Assembly (NCBI RefSeq): GCF_006345805.1
Contig: NC_042998.1
Span: 193,812,001-193,876,000, forward strand
Source: Octopus sinensis
Lineage: Eukaryota
Reading direction: 5' to 3'
Length of the DNA stretch: 64,000 bases
Part shown: piece after piece, positions 56,445 through 64,000 of the stretch
Layout of the letters: each line of letters starts with the position of its first letter
Numbering within the stretch: the stretch's first letter is position 1
The notes under the pieces: generated by a model
Databases searched by the model: none
What the model saw: the letters and a program-made list of their open reading frames with translations, nothing else
Told to the model about the DNA's origin: nothing
Position numbers and translations under genes: made by a program

Positions 56445-57170
56445 TATTTCCGAACTTGATGTAAACTTTTTGATTGAGGGAAATTTGCTATGTCTGGCCG
56501 TATACTTTTCCAAACACTGTTCAAAGTTGAAGATTTCACTTTATCCCATGACTCAGCTATATTATCCACAGCATTCATTGTGTTGAATTTCTTCCGGAAA
56601 TCTCTAACTGTAGGTTTATCTTCCCTTTCATAAGCTGCTTGAAAGTTCTCATCTAATATCAGCTATCACACCTTGATCTATTGGCTGGATCAACGAAGTG
56701 GTATTCTTACTCTCACGTTATCAGAAAGGTCATTCTACTCTCACGTTATCAGAAATGTCATCTAAGTTTGCTGGGTGGTCTCGGTGCATTGTCTAAAAGA
56801 AGCAATACTTTGTTGGAAATATTGTGTCTGATACTGNNNNNNNNNNNNNNNNNNNNNNNNNNNNNNNNNNNNNNNNNNNNNNNNNNNNNNNNNNNNNNNN
56901 NNNNNNNNNNNNNNNNNNNNNNNNNNNNNNNNNNNNTAGGGAGCAATGCTTTGTTGCCCTTTCTAGTATATAGTAGTATAAGTATTAAAGTGTCGGCAGA
57001 AACTGCTCTGCATTTGGTTGCAACTTTTTGAAGTTGGCCGATCTGAGATTCTATAGGTAACATCTTGGTATCTAAATGTATAAGTGGAGTCACAACTGCG
57101 TAGAAGGTACAGTGCTCATTATTGCTGTATTTAATTAAAACATAACTTGAAGCCAATGTCTTGAATTTTT
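56445..57170 (-). pseudogene. Pogo/Tigger (DDE_1) transposase remnant spanning the assembly gap
   Basis: NKVLLLLDNAP, NTTSLIQPIDQGVI, NAVDNIAESWDKVKSSTLNSVWK. Confidence 0.88.
56837..56936. other. Assembly gap (100 N)
   Basis: Run of N. Confidence 1.
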
Positions 57171-57197
57171 TAAATTAGATAAAATCAGCTAAAGGAT

Positions 57198-57742
57198 TGT
57201 GTATGCATGTACGCATGTGTGTATATATGTACGTAGGTGTGTGTGTATGTATGTATGTGTGTATGTATGTATGTATGTATGTATGTATGTATGTATGTAT
57301 GTATGTATGCATGTATGCATGTATGTACGTATGTAGGTGTATGTATGTATGTATGTATGTATGCATGTATGTATGCATGTATGTATGTATGTATGCATGT
57401 ATGCATGTATGCATGTATGTACGTATGTAGGTGTATGTATTTATGTATGTATGCATGTATGTATGCATGTATGTATGCATGTATGTATGTACGTACGTAT
57501 GTATTTATGTATGTATGTATTTATTGTATGAATGTATGTATGTATGTATGTATGTATGTATGAATGTATGTATGTTTGTATGTATGTATGTATGTATTTA
57601 TGTATGTATGTATGTATGTATGTATGAATGTATGTATGTTTGTATGTATGTATGTATGTATGTATGTATGAATGTATGTATGTTTGTATGTATGTATGTA
57701 TGTATTTATGTATGTATGTATGTATGTATGAATGTATGTATG

Positions 57743-57774
<32 letters not shown>

Positions 57775-57821
57775 AATGTATGTATGTTTGTATGTAAGTA
57801 TGTATGTATTTATGTATGTAT
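57198..57821. repeat. (GTAT)n microsatellite of about 620 bp
   Basis: Seen directly. Confidence 0.96.
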
Positions 57822-58270
57822 GTCAGGTCTCTCTTAGTGCCACTAGAAACTTGTACCCCGGTACAACCTGTTGCATGGTCGAACCGTCGGCGACTAAACC
57901 GACAGCCCTACCAATCCCTACAAACGGATCAAGTCGATTACATCGACCCCAGTGCGTAACTGGTGCTTATTTAATCGACCCCGAAAGGATGAAAGGCGGC
58001 GAGCTGGCAGAGTCGTTAGCACGCCAGATGAAATGACTAGCAGTATTTCGTCTTTCGCTACGTTCTCAGTTCAAATTCCGCCGAGGTCGACTTTGCCTTT
58101 CATCCTTTCGAGGTCGATTAAATAAGCACCAGTTACGCACTGGGGTCGATGTAATCGACTTAATCCGTTTGTAGGGATTGGTAGGGCTGTCGGTTTGGTC
58201 GCCGACGGTTCGACCGTGCAACAGGTTGTACCGGGTTACAAGTTCCGAGTGGCACTAAGAGAGGCCTGAC
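57822..58270. mobile_element. Fold-back SINE-B derivative with a tail not seen elsewhere in the window; 176-bp inverted arms
   Basis: 57822-57997 is inverted to 58095-58270 with 8 mismatches; the SINE head occupies the loop. Confidence 0.93.
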
Positions 58271-58346
58271 ACACATACATAAATACATATGTACGTACAT
58301 ACATGCATACATACATGCATACATACATGCATACATGCATACATGT

Positions 58347-59325
58347 GTAAAATTTTCGGTGAAAATTTTCCAAAAAATCTTAGGGAAAATTTTCGAAAAA
58401 TTTTTGGTGAAAATTTTCGATGAAAATTTTTGGGTAAAGTTTTCGGTAAAAATTTTCGAAAAATTTTTGGGTAAAATTTTCGGTGAAAATTTTCAAAAAA
58501 TTTTCGAAAAATTTTTAGGTAAAATTTTCGGCCAAAATTTTTGGTGAAAATTCTCGGTGAAAATTTTCGAAAGATTTTTGGGGAAAATTTTTGGTGAAAA
58601 TTTTCGGTGAAAATTTTCGAAAAATTTTTGGGTAAAATTTTCAGTGAAAATTTTCGAAAAATTCTTGCGGAAAATTTTCGAAAAATTTTTAGTGAAAATT
58701 TTCGGTGAAAATTTTCGAAAAATTTTTGGGGAATATTTTCGGTGAAAATTTTCAAAAAAATTTTGGGTAAAATTTTCGGTGAAATTTTTGGGTAAAATTT
58801 GGGTAAAATTTTTGGATAAAGTTTTCGGTGAAAATTTTCGAAAAATTGCTGCTGAAAATTTTCGGTGAATATTTTCGAAAAAATTTTTGGGTAAAATTTT
58901 TGAAAAATGTTTGGGTAAAATTTTTGATGAAAATTTTCGAAAAATTTTTGGGTAAATTTTCGGTGAAAATTTTCGCAAAATTTTTGGGTAAAGTTTTCGG
59001 TGAAAATTTTCAAAAAATTTTTGGGTAAAATTTTCGTTGAAAATTTTCGAAAAATTTTTGGGTAAAATTTTCAGTGAAAATTTTCGAAAAATTCTTGGGG
59101 AAAATTTTCGAAAAATTTTTGGGTAAAATTTTCGGTGAAAATTTTCGAAAAATGTTTGGGTAAAATTTTTGATGAAAATTTTCGAAAAATTCTTGGGGAA
59201 AATTTTGGAAAAATTTTTGTGAAAATTTTTGAAAAATTTTTGGTGAAAACTTTCGAAAAATTTTTGGATAAAATTTTTGTTGAAAATTTTCGCAAAATTT
59301 TTGTGTAAAATTTTCGGTGAAAATT
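58347..59325. repeat. About 37-bp satellite GAAAATTTTCGAAAAATTTTTGGGTAAAATTTTCGGT, about 1 kb
   Basis: Seen directly; abuts the Helitron coding fragment. Confidence 0.95.
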
Positions 59326-59344
59326 AACAACAGAGGAAAATGAC

Positions 59345-60405
59345 CACACTTCCATTTGTCCTGCAGCATCGAGAGGCATCGCCTTCACCAAGTGTCAAAA
59401 TGTCTTGTGCAAACTTTGTGGACATTTTGTCGCCGTGTAGCTGAGCTCTCATGTTAGTGGTGAGACTGAGGATTGTAACATGATGCCACAGGGTAGAGGA
59501 CTTTAGGCATGCTTGGACTTCATCTGCTCTAGTGCCTTTCGGAATGACAGGAAGAGTTTTTCCTGTCTCTCCAGGAGCATCGAGGAAGAAGATTCGTCCC
59601 TCGCGTTGGCGTACACTGTTAAGAATAGTTTTGTAGGCCTGCAGCTGGTCCGGAAGTAATTTAGGCTCATTTTCAACAATGTACTTTGAAAGCGCTTGAG
59701 TGTCGTAGGTTGTTTCACGAATGTCAGCAGTGGGAAGGCTATTTGACTCTGACCTGAATGCTTGTGGCAGACCATACGTCGGCAATTCATTTCCACCCAG
59801 TTTAGCAATTCTGTCTTCAATGTCAATGAGTGTTTTGTTATAGATTTCATTGCTGATACCCTCCATGTCAGGATAGAGCAGTTGAGCTTGGCGCTGAAAG
59901 TCTTCAGCCAGGTTGTCTCTATATTTGAGCCATAGAGTGGCTGAATCACACAGTTCGCATGCCGGTAGTAATACGGCAAATAGTGCCCTGAGACTTTTAG
60001 GTGATTGTGATAAGGCAGCCTCTCCTAAAGTTGCATCCCATTGTGCACCATCTTCTAACAGACCTTGTCGATAGCAGGCTTCTCTGTATATTGTGCAGAC
60101 ATGTCCATGAACGGTTTTTAGGGCCTGGAAAGACGTTGGCCCTCTGACCTCATGCAGTAGTAGACGAAGGTAGAAGCACTGTTGTTGAGTGGGATGCACT
60201 ATGTATATTCGCCCAAGGCAAGTGTGAAACTTAATGCCAGGGTATCCATGAACATTTTGACCTGCTTTCCGTGGGGCCCATTTTTTTCCAAGTGTAGTAC
60301 GATGAAATCTGTGGATACAGCAAGGTTTGAGCGAATGGATCCGCTTGACAAAGCTTGAAGAATGCAGTGAGTGTGCTATCCCTTGGTTCCTCTGCCAACA
60401 GAGAA
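59345..60405 (-). pseudogene. Helitron RepHel fragment (Rep-helicase linker and PIF1 helicase start) with an internal deletion
   Basis: STLTAFFKLCQADPFAQTLLYP..SYYTW, GRIYIVHP.QQQCFYLRLLLHEVRGPTSF..LKTV, FFLDAPGETGKT, LPVIPKGTRADEVQACLKSS.LW, LTTNMR. Confidence 0.95.
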
Positions 60406-60564
60406 GCGTATAATTAATTTGCGATTTGAAAGTTTTAATGAATCTCTCCTCCTGTGCCGACGTTAATTCCAGCCAGAACTACAGAGAGACTGTAAGGTGC
60501 GATATATTCCATATTTGTATTCAGTGAAGCTATATATATATATATATTATATATATATATATAT

Positions 60565-60653
<89 letters not shown>

Positions 60654-60833
60654 ACATCCATTGCACAAACACCAATATGCATAGAATAGAAAGGAGTCAT
60701 ACATTTATCTTTCTTTTCAAAAAAAACAACTTATGTACAAACCATAGTTCTGTGAGTAAGATGTTTCTACCGCAACTAAATGATTTCGGGTTCGATTGCA
60801 CTGCGTGGCACCATGGATATATATATAATATAT

Positions 60834-60886
<53 letters not shown>

Positions 60887-61763
60887 ATATATTCTAACAG
60901 AGCCTTCTGGATGAAATTAACAGACAGTAAGTGTTTGGATGCCCGTTGGAGAAATCTGCTTTTCTTCTTTGGGCTGTAGCCTTAATTCGTCACCTTGTTC
61001 AAAACTATCCCTAGATCAGCCTTGATTCAACAAATCTGTGATCAAAAACGTTGAGACCACGATCCTCCCTCTCGTAGGGTAAAATGTTTGTAAGACTATA
61101 TAGTCATCGATACACACATATGTAGGGTGCGATTTCAATGAGATTTGGCTGCTATGTCTGATTGTTCGATAACCACGTTTAAGCTCGTTACATGTCTCTT
61201 CTGCTTAGCTATTTTTTCTCTACAACTGCAAGGCTTTCCATTTATATACGCTAAGCTTGATTGACCAAGTTTTCTCTTAGATAGCAAGTGAAAACCTTTT
61301 GAGAGTCTTGTCTTCAACAAATCAATCTGAGGATGGTAAAGCGTTCGTTTTATTAACTGCATACTGAACTAATGCATTTAAACAGGTTATTTGTTGTTCA
61401 ACATTCGTAGTTGTGTATAGCCACAGCTTGTCTTTTTCATTTGTATATTTTCATCTGTTATCGTGTTTCTGTCTTCATTTGTGACCTATAAGCTGAAATT
61501 TTTCGTGGATTTTTTTTTTAATGGTTTAAACCCATCATTTACACATAATTTTGTTTGTATATTCTTTTTTGCTCTTGATCTTTTTCAGAGTTTTCTTCCT
61601 TTATTTTCGTTTACGTAATGTTTGCTTTTGAGAGTTAAGTTGTACCACGAAGATTTTACTTTTACTTTTTTCGGTCATTTTGGCTTAGGCCATGCTGGAG
61701 CACTGCCTTTAGTCGAGCAAATCGACACCAGAGCTTATTCTGTGTAAGCATAGTACTTATTCT

Positions 61764-62323
61764 TATTTCTTTACTGCCCACAAGGGGCTACACACAGAAG
61801 GGCCAAACAAGGATAGACAAACGGATTAAGTTGATTATATCTACCCCAGTGCGTAACTGGTACTTATTTTATCGACTCCGAAAGGATGAAAAGCAAAGTT
61901 GACCTCATCGGAATTTGAACTCAGAACGTAGCGGCAGACGAAATACCTATTTCTTTACTACCCACAAGGGGCTAAACACAGAGAGGACAAACAAGGACAG
62001 ACAAACGGATTAAGTCGATTACATTGACCCCAGTGCGCAACTGGTACTTGATTTATCGACCCCAAAAAGATGAAAGGCAAAGTCGACCTCGGCGGAATTT
62101 TGAACTCAGAACGTAGCGGCAGACGAAATACCTATTTCTTTACTACCCACAAGGGGCTAAACACAGAGAGGACAAACAAGGACAGACAAACGGATTAAGT
62201 CGATTATATCGACCCCAGTGCGTAGCTGGTACTTATTTAATCGACTCCGAAAGGATGAAAAGCAAAGTTGACCTCGGCGGAATTTGAACTCAGAACGTAG
62301 CGGCAGACGAAATACCACTAAGC
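61764..62323 (-). mobile_element. SINE group B trimer, 5'-truncated
   Basis: Two AAGAAATA|GGTATTTCG junctions; TSD CTTATTCT at 61756-61763 and 62324-62331. Confidence 0.92.
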
Positions 62324-62451
62324 CTTATTCTATCGGTCTCTTTGGCCGAACCGCTAAGGTACGGGGACGTAAACACCAGCATCGGTTGTCAAGCGATGTT
62401 GGGGGAACAAACACGGACACACAAACATATACACACATATACATACACGTG

Positions 62452-62645
62452 TACCGTTGGCGATTTTTTTTCCTCTGTCTTCCCTTCTCTGGATCTTTCT
62501 TTCTCCTATGTTTCCGACGAAGAGCTCCGCTCGAAACGTTAAACCCTCCTTCTTCCCTTCTATCCTGAGCGTCCAATAATACTATATTTGTTCCACGTCC
62601 TCGCTATGTTGTGTTTTTTTGTGTTTTCTTGTTTGGATTAACTTT
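62452..62645 (+). mobile_element. Family E element with a minimal hammerhead (62510-62544)
   Basis: GTTT-CCGACGA-A-GAGC-TCC-GCTC-GAAA-CGTT-AAAC. Confidence 0.82.
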
Positions 62646-63560
62646 ATATATATATATTATATATATATATATATATACGACGGGCTTCTTCCAGTTTTTG
62701 TCTACCAAATCTACTGACAATCTTTGATCGGCCCGAGGCTATAGGAGAAGACACTTGCCCAAGGTGCCACGCAGTGTGACTGAACCCAGAACCATGTGGT
62801 TGGTAAGCAAGCTACTTACCACACAGCCACTCGTTTAGTGTATATTATAACTTTACATTGTATAACAGGAGTTCTAACCAATCGAATTTGATATTTTGGG
62901 GGGATTTTTGCTGATAGAAAATTTTTTTTAAGTTATCTATGACGAACAATGGATACAAACTCCATTTGCTCTTTTCTTTTTGTTAATAAAGAGAGAAGGA
63001 GATATTTCTGGAGGGGCTAGTATTTGTCATTTTGAGAAGACCATTGCAGACGAATATGTGCTCTTAACATATTGAACCTTTCTAAAACGAATTTAAAAAA
63101 AACAAAGAGCCTTAAACAGTTGTTTCTAGTATACCAGGTTAGACAGTTGACGTGTCGTTAACAACTGTCTTCTCTCTGTTGTATAGGAAACTTCTGATTC
63201 ATAGCTAAATTTTCCTTTGTAATTCAACGTGTTCTATACTTTCAAACAGTTTTAGATGGATTTTTTGATCAAATGCTTTTCAAAAGTCACGAAATATTTT
63301 GTCGTGATTTGGTATCTGCTTCAAGATAATTATGAATTATATTTGAATTATTTCATATTATCACTGCAACAGAGTCTTCGTTCGTCGGAAATGTTACAAG
63401 TTTTTTTTCGCCTTTTTATTTATTTATTTTTTTGTACATGATATTGTTTACTAACGCTTGAAGAAATTCGCTGTTTTTATATAAGGATTATATCACCTAA
63501 ATTACAATTCCAGTTTATGTTGGATGGAGTGGGATTAATATTAGCTTCATGTATAATATA

Positions 63561-63602
<42 letters not shown>

Positions 63603-63785
63603 ATCTATGGGATTACTTAGTACAGTTTTGAAGTATAAAGGTGATTTTTTTTTAAATTATTTTTCAAAGATATGTTATGAAATCTTACATCAAGACGTTA
63701 TTAACCTTTTTGGGAAGACGAATTTTCTAGTGTGTGAGCACTTCCTTTAACCTTTCCAAACACCACACACACATATATATATATA

Positions 63786-63830
<45 letters not shown>

Positions 63831-64000
63831 GAAATATTAAAATAACTAAGTCTCTCTAAAAGAGAACAGCGGCAGCGTTCCCGGAAAATAATTAGTTATC
63901 GCCATACTAATATGGCATTCTTATAAAAATAAGAAAAAAGCTGTCCGCTTATTAGCTCCATGAGGCCATCGCCTTGAGTTAGCTATTTGATACACAAACT

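Larger units (their letters stand above)
61655..62830 (-). mobile_element. SINE group A interrupted by a SINE-B trimer and a family E element
   Basis: SINE-A segments at 61655-61763, 62324-62450 and 62675-62830 are colinear. Confidence 0.88.

Noticed and set aside
56702-56762. About 28-bp tandem duplication inside the Tigger remnant
   Set aside because: It is close to an assembly gap and may be a contig-end artefact.
57822-58270. A/G-biased mismatches between the palindrome arms as an ADAR editing imprint
   Set aside because: Only 8 differences, in both directions, and partly explained by CpG decay.
58255-59391. Long K/F/I/P-rich ORFs
   Set aside because: Translations of the 37-bp satellite.
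63142-63171. 9-bp stem AGACAGTTG/CAACTGTCT
   Set aside because: Short and isolated, with no family or context to support a function.

Overview
AT-rich, microsatellite-saturated eukaryotic DNA. By inference from the SINE families and simple-repeat load it is most likely intronic or intergenic sequence from an octopus (coleoid cephalopod) assembly, with one 100-N gap at 56837-56936. I find no supportable host protein-coding gene, true tRNA, rRNA or CRISPR array, and nearly all ORFs in the track are translated microsatellites. The recognisable coding remnants are all transposon-derived: CR1-type, RTE-type and R4/Dong-type LINE fragments, a Penelope-like element (PLE) with a GIY-YIG domain, mariner, pogo/Tigger and hAT transposase fragments, and a Helitron RepHel fragment. 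There are also about 30 copies of four tRNA-headed SINE groups, labelled A-D here for convenience, and several non-autonomous DNA elements. The most interesting signals are: (1) a structurally intact type I hammerhead ribozyme in the PLE terminal repeat (29790-29871, minus strand); (2) a dispersed ~190-bp non-coding element whose copies reconstruct a minimal hammerhead, plus an LTR-like 1.3-kb element with hammerhead-like motifs; (3) SINE-B dimers and trimers sharing one invariant junction, most flanked by a single target-site duplication; (4) several fold-back structures, including a SINE palindrome joined by microhomology and a hairpin with regularly spaced CTC/CTC bulges; and (5) satellites born inside a LINE and next to a Helitron. 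All family assignments rest on motif recall without database searches.
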